A stretch of 61,270 nt of DNA, counting the filler, from Jimgerdemannia flammicorona (Eukaryota), in the NCBI GenBank assembly GCA_003990765.1. It is 3 parts of 3 records of this genome, joined end to end, with 100 filler letters (N's around TTAATTAATTAA, not from the genome) between each part and the next. Parts side by side here need not be neighbours in the genome. Positions count along the whole stretch, not along the records: positions 40,919 to 61,270 come from RBNJ01001701.1; 2 more parts are not named here. One strand, 5' to 3'. Position 1 is the stretch's first letter; each line of letters starts with the position of its first letter. The notes under the pieces were generated by a model that saw only the letters and a program-made list of their open reading frames with translations, was not told where the DNA came from and did not search any database. Positions 49,701 through 61,270 of the stretch are shown here, in pieces. The position numbers were made by a program, and so were the translations under genes.

Positions 49701-51092
49701 CAGATAAAGAAAGTGAAAAAGATAACTATAAGACCTCTATCTATGCTATCTGTCAGATCAAAGACAGAATCTTTGAAGCTATCATTGATATAGGAGCAGG
49801 AGGATACCTCCTCAGTAAGAAAGCTATAGACTGCCTAGGTTGGAAAATTAAAGAAGCTATAAAATTAGTGTTTGTTAAAGTAGATTACAAAAGTCACCTA
49901 TCTAGAAAAGATTTGAGATATTTCTATCAAGTTCAGAGGAGCAACTATTTTAGTAGATGTGATCATTACAAATGCTACTAATTATAATATTTTTATTGAC
50001 AATTAGTAGCTTCACAAGACTAAGGCTATAATTAATATAAACTCTCAGAAGATATAGATTATCTACTAAGAATAAAAGATGTAAATTTCTCATCAATATC
50101 AATAAAGATATATCTTCTAAGATAGAGAAAGAATGTAGCAAGCAAGAAGAAGTCTATATGGTAACCACTCAGAAGAAGAAGAAGATTAGATAGATTAGTA
50201 AAGAAAACTAGTACAAGAAGATTACTGAAAGATATATCTCAAAAGGAGTATGTTCTCATAGAATTTGAATATACTATATAAAGCTATAAATGAGTATTAT
50301 CAATAAATTGCTAAGATCTATAAGATTTATTATAAGAAGAAGAAAAGAAGACAGAAGTAACAAGAAAAGAAAGATCAGAAGGATTAATCACTAGTTTTTC
50401 TAGAGAATAGTGATGGTAAAGAAGAAATCAAGATTAAGATTTAGAATATTTATTCTGATATAGATCTGCTAGAATATAAGTTAGAAAATGTAGTTGAAAT
50501 AGATATTATCATAGTTGAAGAGATAATTCTTAAACCTTAGATAATAACTCTACTTACAACTAGTTCAGAAATAATCATTTCTAAGGATCATGTTAGAATA
50601 TCCAAGATAAGGAGCAGTCTAACCAAGAGTGAAATTTTAATTGAAGGAGAAGTCATCAATTCTGATTATATTAGAGAAATCTTGCTCATTGTCAGAAACT
50701 ACAATCTTATAATTCTATTTGTAGTTAAGAAGAAAAAGAACTAACTTACATAAATACTAATCTTTCTAAAGCTATAATCTAGAATTTTGGAAGTCAAAAA
50801 GCTGGAGGAAATGAAAAGAGAAAGGAGAGGATTTGGATATATAGAAAGAGGAGTTTTTATCAGTATCAAGATTACCAAATTAGATCACAAGAAGGAGAAA
50901 ATCACAGATAAGTATAGCTATACTATTGAAAATGAATTTTTATTCAAAAAGATACTCAAAAAGTATTATATAAATTTGAGGATATCTTTTCCACTGATTT
51001 CAAGAATATTAAAGAAAAGATACTATATTACTATTATGATATAAATATAGAAGACATTGAGCCAATATATCAAAAAATAAGACCAATTCTAC
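46790..51092 (+). mobile_element. Ty3/Gypsy dUTPase element (copy 3), extremely decayed, truncated before RT
   Basis: LTR end attaca at 47211, PBS relic tagtacccattg, FEAIIDIGAGG, RSSL, EGEVINSDY, RRGFG, colinear with copy 1. Left boundary approximate. Confidence 0.85.
48041..49247 (+). mobile_element. Poly(A)-tailed retroposed insert, probably a 5'-truncated LINE 3' end, in gag of copy 3
   Basis: A-rich tail at 49208-49246; flanking duplication aaagatatcat/aaaaatatcat; gag resumes afterwards (PVKKFA). Confidence 0.65.
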
Positions 51093-51095
51093 TAA

Positions 51096-51935
51096 TATAT
51101 CTATACTAAGAATTATATACTGTAAATAGCAATTATATAATCTAGTAATAATGTTAAATAAGTGACATGTAAATAAGACAAATAAGACAAATAAGATAAA
51201 TACAGAAAATGAAATATCAAATCCCCTAAACTTTAAAACCTGTACTAATACTATAGTAACTATACTACTTAACCAGTATACTACCAAAGCATTTATTCTG
51301 AGCATAAAGCCAAAAGCTACTACTCAGAACACAAAGATCAACTATTTATAGAACAAGTAACCAAGTAGTTATATAACTAATTAGTTATATATAGATAGCC
51401 AAAAAACTACAAAATATTACTTATCTAATATATATAAATATCTCAGTAATTATATTTGAAATAAACCAGCTCTTAGTCAAGTATAAATCTCTCTTAATGA
51501 ACTCTAAGTTACTCCAGTATTTCTAACTAAACTTCAAAAGTCTAGCTAACTTCTACTAGAACTAAGAACTGATATATAAATTAAAAAAAAAACCCCTCCT
51601 CTTTAAACCTGAATTATAAGAGATTCAGTCTATATATAGCAAGAACAAGTTCCTTATAACTATAGTTACTGAAAAAGGCTAATAATGTTATTCTGCTACA
51701 AAGAAATAGTACTTTCTCAAATCTTAATAAATACTACTAAATAAAAGAACAATTGAAAGACTTCTTAAAAAATATATATATTAAGTCTCTAAGTAATATC
51801 TTATTACTTAAGTTATCTAAAAATATAAGAGGTATTGAAATAAGTATTATTATAACTTAATAGTAGTAGAATTTTCAAGCCAAGATAGTATTAAGACTCT
51901 TCTGCAAGTTGGACCTAGTTTCAACCTTAGACAAA
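51096..51935 (+). repeat. Decayed LTR plus PBS/leader related to the chromovirus LTR
   Basis: ctaagttactccagtatttctaactaaacttcaaaagtctagctaacttctac matches 733-786. Ends ttata at 51854, followed by the PBS relic acttaatagtagtaga. Confidence 0.75.
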
Positions 51936-51959
51936 AGGTATTGAAATTTCTATTATTTT

Positions 51960-53811
51960 GACATCTTGATAATATAACTTATACATATATTTAACTATAT
52001 CATCTTTGAGTTATATTACTCAATACATAAATATACATTATCTGAAATAATAAACAATACTCTACTCTCTCTTTCTCTAGTTTCTACTCTACTAAGTTAT
52101 ATCAAAGATTATGAGCCCTACTTAATAGCTAATAATAAATACCTCTCTAAGACTCTATACCAAGATATTAGTAAAGACAAACCAAGGAATCAGTGTGAAT
52201 GTATCAAATACAGCAGACATGAGTATCTCTGGAATATATATAATAGTTATAGTTTTTATAGTAAATATAAATACAGCTAAGAGGTCAATTCTTATCTTTA
52301 ATAATAAGTATTATACTATTTAGATATTCTATATAAGAGTGTGGCTTGGTGGAGTATGTAAAATAGCAGATATAGATTTAAGGTTATGATGTTATAAATA
52401 ATCACTAAGTATTATGAGAGATTGTCTTCATATTATTAAACTAACAAATGAAACTTATAATATATACTATGACAGTCTATAATATATGGAAGACTCTATA
52501 CAATTATTATATATAAATATTCTTGTTGAATAGATTCTATCTGAAATCTCAGCTATTTTATCTATAAATGAAATCTAAGAAGAGTATTTACAAATATACT
52601 AATTATATTAATGATCTGATAAATCAGGTGAATTCTCTAAGTATACTAGTAGAGTATATCAGTGATGAAGATAAGATTCTGGCCCTTATATGAGATCTTC
52701 TTAAAATGTATAATATTATAGTAGCAGTTATATATATATAAGAGCAAAAAACTTATAAACTATACCTATATAACAATAAGCCTCATTAATGAAGAGATGC
52801 ATCAAGAAAATAGTAGTAATGATAATGATGACAAAGTATTCTATAAGTTATGCAGATAAGGCAAAAAGTATCAATAAGGTCAAAAATGTAAAAAAATTGA
52901 TAAAAACTATCATTATTATGATAAGTATAGATATATATAAAATAATTACTATTATAAAGATAAGTTAAATAATCAAAATAAGTATAGAAGCTAGTATTGG
53001 TAATGTGAGAGTAGTGGAAAGAAATGTGATAATAAAGAACAATATAATATAAATATATACTACTGAAACTAATAATAATAGTAGTATGTTTTTTATATAA
53101 ATAATATCTTTATATACATTTACTAATAAGAATATAGCTAGCAAGAGTATCAATATTACCAATGACAATAATGTTTGACTTATAGATTCAAGTACTACAT
53201 AATATATAATAGCTTACCAAGAATAGTTCTTAAAATACAAGTTATTTGAATATCTCATATCTATCAAGTTAGGTAATACATAACAATATTGTATATACTC
53301 AAGAAAGAGAAAATATCAGTATATATCTTTATAAAAATATTGCAGAGCCTACTGGTACTTTTCAAAATATATTATATACTCTAAAGATAGAAAAGAATCT
53401 CTTTTTAATTAGCAAAATAATGGCCTATAGTAATAAAGAAATATATATATATCTGATGGAAGCAAAAGTATATAGTTTGAAGAATAACAAGAAGATTATA
53501 ATAATGTCAAAAAGAGGCAATCTTTATATAATCAATAATATACTAAGTAGTATGAAGATTTCTATATATATATGTGACAACTATGCTTAATATATCCAAT
53601 ATATATTATCAATACTTAAGATATATAGGGAAATTGAGCTTAGAAAGTTAATTTGAAACAGATCTATATAATAATTACTGATAATATATCCTAATGACAA
53701 TTTCTGTAAGAATTGTACAACAAATAAAGTATCCTAGTATCTATTTGAAAAGTAGACAAAATATATATCTAACATACTTGATTTAATCCATACAGATATA
53801 TATAGCCCAAT
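51960..53811 (+). mobile_element. Decayed Ty1/Copia element (LTR end, gag, protease, start of integrase)
   Basis: PBS gattatgagccc at 52107-52118; *LIDSSTT; FCKNC; LDLIHTDIYSP (LDLIHTDVCGP type). Confidence 0.8.
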
Positions 53812-53971
53812 TAGTGCTCTTAAATAAATTGAATTAATGAATCAAATTGAGGTCTGATTTAATTTGAAATTGAAAGTCAAACTTTGAAATATAATAACTT
53901 GACAAAAATATATCCAAATTTAATGAATTTTAGTTTGTTAGATTTATCTTAATAAGACAAATCTAGTATGT
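53812..53971 (+). mobile_element. Truncated hAT-type MITE end
   Basis: Begins TAGTGCTC like 44773 and resembles 44860-44960; fused to a 5'-truncated LTR. Confidence 0.55.
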
Positions 53972-54358
53972 ATTGTCTAAATCAAACACCCCGATTTAGT
54001 ATAGCATTTCGACATTGTCTAAGTTTCTAGACATTGTCTAAATGACTCATAACTTAGCCACATAACTCAGTAGCCATTGCATAGCTAGCAAACTTGTATA
54101 AATAACTCAGTATCTTGGAGTGAATAAACCTCAGATTGAAAGTGTTAGAAAAAGAACAAGTATACCAATAAAGGGACTTTCGGGATTACCTCTTTAAATA
54201 CATTTGGCCTCAAGGAACTACTGACTCTGGGAGTCAAGAAGACAAGAATTCAAGATAAAGAAATCTGATGTACTTGCCCATCTTAACATCTGCTACGTTA
54301 CAACTTGGTGCCCATTGACTGGTAATTCAAGATGAATCCCTCACTTTCAAGCTGAACA

Positions 54359-57300
54359 ATGAACAACTGCAACCAGAACCCACACAACACAATCAGACAG
54401 AATGGATATGAGACCACCCATATTCCATGGATATACCTCTGATGAATCAATCATCACCTTCATTGATGATTTTGAGCAGTATGCTGCTGTAAGAACCTTA
54501 TTGGCAGCACAACAAGTAGCCCTACTCCCTGTGAGCCTATGAGGCCCAGAAAGAACTGCGTTTACTACAGCTAATGTACAATGAGCTGACAATCCAACAA
54601 GAATCCTGGCCTTCAAGGCCTGGCTTCGAGTAACCTATTATACAGATGAAATCAAACAAATACTCAAGGATCAACTGAATACCATCTGCCAAGGAATGTC
54701 TGAAGACCCAAACACATTCTACACAAGAATCCGACATCAAATAGTCCTTGCTGACTACCCCAATGCAGTTCAAGACCAAGTGGCTGAGAATACCTTTATG
54801 AAAGGCATTTACCAAGAAATCACTTTAGCCATTCGATCTACCTCAACACCACTAGACCTGGGACAGAAGGTTACCTACGCCCAAAGATATTGGACTGCCA
54901 GACACCCTCAAGGCCATACAATGGAAAGGATAACTGGAGTAAAAATCAAACAAGCACCAAGAGTCACCAATATAATCTCGGCCACCATAGTTAACCAGAA
55001 TACACAACCGCAACCACAAGACTAGAGAAGGGTCGACCCAATGGAGGAACTGGCCAAACAGTTCGCAGAAATAACTGCACACCTCAGTGATGTAGTCAAA
55101 GAGTTCAAGAAGAAGCCAGTACAGAAGTTTGCTACTACAAATGCAAGATGATCCATAATATGCTACAACTGCGGAGAAGAAGGCCACTATGCCTCCGAAT
55201 GCATAACAGAAACCAAGTGAAAGGCCAACCCAAGCAATGCAACCAGGAACCGCAAGCAGGCAAACACTATCACCTTTGAGGAGATTGGAGAATCTGAGGA
55301 AGAAAGAGAGGAATGGGAAGCTTACCCTGCTACCTCAAGTAAGAAGGATGCCCGATCTAGTTCTTACAAAAAATCTCCAGGCAGACCTCCTAAGAAGACC
55401 CAGACACAAATAAAGTAACTGGAAGTTGTCATTAGAAATGAGACCCAGCAGAGTGAAGCCGATCAAGAAATAGAGTTGGAACAAGATGCTAAACTGGAAC
55501 AAGCAGTAGAAGATATTATTCGAAATACTACCCCATCAAGCGAAGGGAAGAAGGAGCAGAAACTGCACAAGAGCAAGACCTTCAAATATGACATCTTCAA
55601 GGACCTCAAGGACCAAAAGGTCAATGCAACCTTTGGCCAGCTGACTGAAATCCCAACATTCAGACAATAAATAAGAACAGGAATCTCAGACATCAGCAAA
55701 GACCAAGGTTACAGAATAATCAAAGCCAACAATGCACAAGAAGATTCAGATGAAGAGAGTGAAGATAATCAGAAAACATCAGCCTATGCTACCTGCCAGA
55801 TCGAGGACTGGGTCTTTGAAGCCATCATTGATACAGGAGCAGGAGGATGTCTCATCACCAAGAAAGCAGTAGACTGCCTAGGTTGGGAAATAGAAGAAGC
55901 CACCAAATTGGTGTTTGTCACAGCTGATGGGACATGAGCAACACCCTTGGGAAAAATCCAAGACGTACCAATCAAGTTCGGAGAGGCCACTATCCCTGTG
56001 GATGTCATCATCACCAATACAACCAACTATGATATCCTCATCAGCAATCAATGGCTTCATAAAGCCAAGGCAATGATTGACCTCAGTGCACAGAAGATGC
56101 AGATTGTCTACTGGGGAAAGAAGATCAGAATTCCCATCAATGTCCACAAAGGAGTCTGCCCCAAGATAGAGGAAGACCAAGAAGAAGAAGTCTATATGGT
56201 TACTATGAAGAAAGGAAAAGGCAAGCAATTGACAGAGGAAGAATGGTATACAAGAATCGCAGATGGATATGCCCCCTAGGAAGGTGCCCCTATGGTGAAA
56301 GAATGTACCATGCCCAGTACTTGGATCGCTGCTACACTTGTATCATTGAGGTAAAGAAGATCACCAACAAGCCAAAGAAGAACCAGGAGGAACCAGAAGA
56401 TGGACCACCAGAACTACTGGATGACAGTGATGATGAAGAAGATGTCACAGTCAAGATATAAAGAATCTACCCTGATGCAGTCATGCCACAATACAAATCA
56501 GAGAATACAGCAGAAATGGACCTATCCACCACAATACACACAATACTCAAACTACAGACCACTATCATTCTAGGAACAGGAATTGAAGTAACCATCCCGC
56601 CAAACCACGTCGGAATCCTCAAGACAAGGAGCAGCTTGGCAAAGAGTGAAATATCTATAGAAGGAGGAGTCATCAATTCAGATTATACTGGAGAAATCCT
56701 TCTCCTTGCCAGGAACTACAATCCAACAATCCCATTCGAAGTAAGGAAGAAGGATCAGCTGGCACAAATGCTCATCCTACCTGTCCTTAATCCAAGAATC
56801 AAAGAGGTCACAAACATCAGACAGACTCAGCGAGGAAAAGCTGGATTCGGCTCTACAGGAAGAGGAGTCCTCGCAGCAACTAAGATCACCAAATTGGAGT
56901 ACAAGAAGGAGGAAAGCCAAGACAAACACACCTATACAATCGGAAGAAACTTCCCACTCAAGGAAGAATTGCAGAGCCTCTTGCATACATTCGAGGATAT
57001 ACTGGCCACAGATTTCAAGGATATCAAGACCAAGAAACTCTTGTATTATCATGATGTCAATACTGGAGATGCAAAGCCAATCTATCAGAAGGCCCACCCC
57101 ATTCCACCAGCATACAGAGAATGGCTCAAGACAGAGATCAAGGAAATGGAGGAGTCTGATATTATTGAAGAAGCCAGCAGCCCTTAGTCCTCTCCCATCG
57201 TCCTTGCACCAAAGAAAGGAAGCCAACCAGGAGAATTTGCACCAAGACTCTGTATGGACTATAGAAGACTCAATGAGGTCACAGAGAAGGACAGACAACC

Positions 57301-58381
57301 ATTGCCCAATATTGGTGACATTCTTATTATGCTAGGGAATGAAGCACGATTCTATACCACCTTGGATCTATTCTCTGGATTCTACCAAATCAGCCTCATG
57401 TCTGAAGCCAGCAAAAGGTCAGCCTTCATCACCCTAGATGGAACTTATGTCTATCTCTGCATGCCCTTTGGAATGTGCAATGCACCAGCAAGTTTCCAGC
57501 AAATGATGAATAGTATCTTCAGGAATGTAATGGAAAAATGGATGATAGTATACATAGATGATGTGATCATCTTCAGCCGAACAGCCAAAGAACACTTGGA
57601 CCATATTGAGGAAATCCTCAGAAGGCTTCACAAACATGGCCTCTATATCAAGCCCAAGAAATGCAAGTTTGGAGAAGAAGAAATTGCATACCTTGGACAT
57701 ATCATCAACCATGAAGGAACACATATGGACCCTACAAAGATCAAGGCAGTAGCAGCATACCCAGTACCTACCAGCATCACCAAAGCCCGAGCCTTCATGG
57801 GACTTGCATCCTACTACAGAAGATTTATTAGAAGTTTCTCCCACATTGCCAGTCCTATCTATGACCTGTTCAGAAAAGAGGTCAAGTTCCAGTAGACTCA
57901 GCAGCAGCAACTAGCCTTTGACAAGCTCAAGACCAGATTGACCCAGGCCCCAATCCTGAGAAGACCCGACTGGACTCAAGAGTTTCTTCTGCAGACGGAT
58001 GTCAGTGCAATGGGACTTGGAGCTGTCCTCGCACAAAAGAAGAATGGTGCCGAATACATGATAGCTTATCTCAGCCAAGGTATACGAGGAGCTGAGCAGT
58101 CCTATGAATCATACAAGTTGGAATGCCTTGCAGTCATTTGGGCTGTAGAGAAGTTCCACTACTATCTGGCTGGCAGACACTTCACCATTCAGACAGATCA
58201 TTTGGCACTCACCTGGTTGCTCACTACCAGTGAGCCCAAAGGAATCTATGCCTGATGGATCATGAAGCTGCAAGCATATGATGCCACAATCACCCACCAC
58301 CCTGGAAGAACCAATGCCAATGCTGATGCCCTCTCATGGACACTCTGAAGGACCCCACCCCTACAAAATCGCAATGAATAA
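54359..58381 (+). pseudogene. Gag-PR-dUTPase-RT-RNase H polyprotein
   Basis: CYNCGEEGHYASEC, IIDTGAG, dUTPase motifs, YIDD, QTDVS, TDH; stops mostly at CGA/CAA/CAG-derived codons. Confidence 0.9.
56449..56860 (+). CDS. dut: dUTPase domain
   Basis: AEMDL, RSSLA, GVINSDYTGEI, DQLAQML, RGKAGFGSTG. Confidence 0.92.
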
Positions 58382-59557
58382 GGAGCTGTACTATGGAATC
58401 ATCAGCTACCTGGAGCAGCGAAAGATGCCCCCGCATCTGGAAGAATGGACAAAAACAATTATTAATCGGACATGGAAACAATTCGAAACTGATAGAGAAA
58501 TACTCAAGAAAAGACAACAATTAGTCATCCCTGAGCACTGGAAGAATCAAGTGATGAAAGAAGTACATAAACAAGGCCACGTAGGAGGAACAAACATATA
58601 TGACAAAGCAAGAAGAACCTTGTGGTGGCCTGGAATGGAAGAAGATATCAGACAATTTGTCAGAACCTGTGACAAATACCAGAAACAGAAACAAGACCAA
58701 TGAGATCAAGCCCCTGGATCAGCAGACATCGAACCAATACCATTTGCCCACATCGTAATGGATGTAATTGGCCCCCTACCCCTGACATTGACTGGCAACT
58801 GATATGTCATTGTAATAGTGGATCTATTTATAAAATGGATAGAGGCCAGACCCCTTAAGGAAGCCAATGCACAGTCAATTGCCAATTTCTTTCATAGAGA
58901 AATCATCTGCTAATTCAAGACCCCAAAGCAAGTTACTACAGACAGAGGAACAGAATTTGTCAACCAGTTCCATGAGGTTCTTTACAAGAAGTATAAGAAC
59001 CAGCACATCAAAACCACAGCCTATCACCTACAAGGAAACGAATAAGCAGAGAGAACCAACAAGACCCTCAAGAATATCATTGCCAAGATCTGTGATGAAT
59101 ACGGAAACTAGGACCACTATCTTCTAATAGCATTATCCACTCTGTGGGACATACAATCACAAAGCACCCATTTTACACCATGAGAAATGCTATTCAGCAA
59201 AGAAAGTTCTAGTAGAAGTTTGTCAGCAAATAATAATGCAATTTGGAAGCATGTGGACATGGAGATATAGAGATTACACCAGATCAGGAAAAAGGCAGAG
59301 GATTACATAATCAAGGCGCAGGTACTGCAATGGAACAATGCGGAAAAAACCCACAAGCTCCAGGAGATTATTAAGATAGGAGATGATATCGGAATATGGT
59401 AGAAGCTTCTTGGTCATGAAAACTGGAGCCTAAATGGGAAGGACCTTACCTGGTGCAAGATATAAAAGGGACCACTTTCCGACTACAAAAGCTCTCAGGC
59501 ACAATAATCCCCACCACTATTCACTGAAACCGACTCAAGAAGTACCATGGCCAATAA
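58374..59557 (+). pseudogene. Integrase (separate ORF)
   Basis: ATG 58374 MNKELYY; HKQGHVG, MDVIGPLP, VTTDRGTEF, AERTN, KWEGPY; no chromodomain. Confidence 0.88.
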
Positions 59558-60008
59558 CCAGAGCACTGCAGCAGCACTCAAGATCACTAGTGCTGCACAA
59601 AAGGCTATCGAAAGACAATGGTGCACCACCGAGCCTCCAACTATAGAGGAATGTTATGATAGTATTTAGAGTATTGTGCAGACTCATCTCTCTTAGATCT
59701 TGCATTTTAGCATCTACCAACATCAGGCAGAGTTCCAAGAGTACTTCAAGCTTGGACAGGTGCTTAACCAGGATCCAGCTAAGACCAAAGAAGACTGGAT
59801 CGCAGAGTGCCAACTCTCTTACTCACAGATCACTATCGCCAAAAGGATCCACAAGCTATTTTGAGAAGATGAATCAGCATTAGCTCACCTGTGAGGAGTA
59901 ACCCCTACCGACTTTGATAAAGTAAGGAGACATCATTGAGAGACAGTTATGCAGCAAATTGAACAGTACAAAACCATACAGACAGTTGAAGCCTGGGAGT
60001 TTGAATAG
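59547..60008 (+). pseudogene. Accessory ORF (copy C, 154 codons) after integrase
   Basis: ATG overlaps the integrase stop. One frame with five internal TGA/TAG stops compatible with C->T. EYFKLGQVL..IAKRIHKLF*EDESALAHL*GVTPTDFDKV. Confidence 0.75.
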
Positions 60009-60045
60009 ATGCCTCAGAGACAAGACCATCTATTCAGGAGGAAGT

Positions 60046-60500
60046 TGTGATGGTATAGCCGAATTAGGAAGAAGGAAATAGGGAATAGATACTTGATCGC
60101 ACCCATTCCCAAAGTAGTATAGTTTATAGTTAGCAGTCACCGATTTTGATATTGTCTAAATTTCTAGACATTGTCTAAATCGAACACCCTGATTTAGTAT
60201 AGCATTTTGACATTGTCTAAGTTTCTAGACATTGTCTAAATGACTCATAACTTAGCCATGTAACTCAGTAGCCATCGCATAGCTAGCAAACTTGTATAAA
60301 TAACCCAGTATCTTGGAGTAAATAAACCTCAGATCAAAAGTGTTAGAAAAAGAATAAGTATACCGATAAAGGGACTTTCAGGATTACCTCTTTAAACATA
60401 TTTGGCCTCAAGGAACTACTGACTCTGGGACTCAAGAAGACAAGAATTCAAGATAAAGAAATCTGACATACTTGCCCATCTTAGTGTCTGCTACATTACA
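60046..60500 (+). repeat. 3' LTR (455 bp)
   Basis: Direct repeat of 53972-54302; TG..CA termini. Confidence 0.93.
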
Positions 60501-60691
60501 ATAGCCAGATTATCATATTTCTATTAGGCTGAAGCTATCAATATAGTGATATACATATATATATAATAAATATATATCTCAAGTATTAAGTAAGGAATCT
60601 GGCAATAATAATAAGTATTTCAGAGATGATGATCTTACTCCTGAAGAGTTATAGAGCAGAATAAAGTCAAATATATATATTATATTAATAT

Positions 60692-61132
60692 TATAATAGT
60701 GACCTCAGAATAATGATATTAGTATAGAAGATAGCCTTTCCTTATAAGTTATCAGATTAAGCACAAGAAGATCATATGGTATGACTCACCCAAGCTATAA
60801 GATGAGTAATGATGACCAATTGTGAGTCATTATGACTACAAGACAGACATCTTGAGAAATATAAAAGAAGGATCAAGAAACTACAGTAGCAGTAACTCAA
60901 ACAAAGCTTACAGAAATAGTTCAAAAGACTTACTACAAATAAAATGCCTACTCTTACCAAACCTCAAGGTCCAGGAATCACCAAGACCTCTCAGTCTAGG
61001 AAAGGATGTTTCAAGACATTAGAAGAGCCATAAGAACCCATACAAGAAGAACTCCTAGTCTCAACCTGGGTACTAGTGACCCTTATCATTATATCCTCTA
61101 CTATTGCAAAATGGAAACAAGAATCACTATTA
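60692..61132 (+). repeat. 5' part of a second long-type LTR, including the start of the accessory ORF (ATG 60944)
   Basis: Colinear with 31678-32110; interrupted at a TA by a DNA transposon. Confidence 0.88.
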
Positions 61133-61270
61133 CAGTATGTTCCAAAACTGAACCAATGTTTTATTAAATTTTACATTTTAATTATTTTGAATATAAATGC
61201 TATATAAAAAAAAATATATTATTATACTTTATTGTAGCCCTATATCAGGGGTATCCAGGATACAAAATTT
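61133..61270 (+). mobile_element. Left end of a TA-flanked element related to 40919-42442
   Basis: CAGTATGTTCCAAAACTGAACCAATG matches the reverse complement of 42417-42442. Confidence 0.85.

Larger units (their letters stand above)
53972..60500 (+). mobile_element. Ty3/Gypsy dUTPase element (copy 4), short-LTR type, nearly complete
   Basis: 5' LTR remnant 53972-54302, PBS 54306-54317, full internal region, PPT caggaggaag, 3' LTR 60046-60500 (TG..CA). Confidence 0.95.

Overview
Eukaryotic, probably fungal, transposon-dense region with no recognisable host gene. It contains two assembly gaps carrying an artificial TTAATTAATTAA spacer. Mobile elements: a Ty3/Gypsy chromovirus (315-7015); a co-oriented nested stack of L1/Tx1-like LINEs (1-20360); four copies of a dUTPase-carrying Ty3/Gypsy family; two Ty1/Copia relics; a 2-kb solo LTR; two ~1.4-1.5 kb TA-flanked fold-back elements plus the end of a third; hAT-type MITEs; several tandem repeats. 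Elements show graded C->T/G->A decay. Two results stand out from manual translation through the C->T stops. (1) One unannotated accessory protein family (core Y-x-[IL]G-x2-L ... AK[KR]IH-x-[IL]F-x6-[IL]-x2-L-x7-F-x2-L) occurs in four different LTR-element contexts: downstream of chromovirus pol, downstream of the dUTPase-element integrase, inside a 1.6-kb LTR, and inside a 2-kb solo LTR. (2) In the dUTPase family, Gag-PR-Cys/His motif-dUTPase-RT-RNase H share one frame, while integrase is a separate ORF whose start overlaps the upstream stop (ATGAATAA) in all three copies that retain the junction. All alignments were done by eye and boundaries of heavily decayed elements are approximate.
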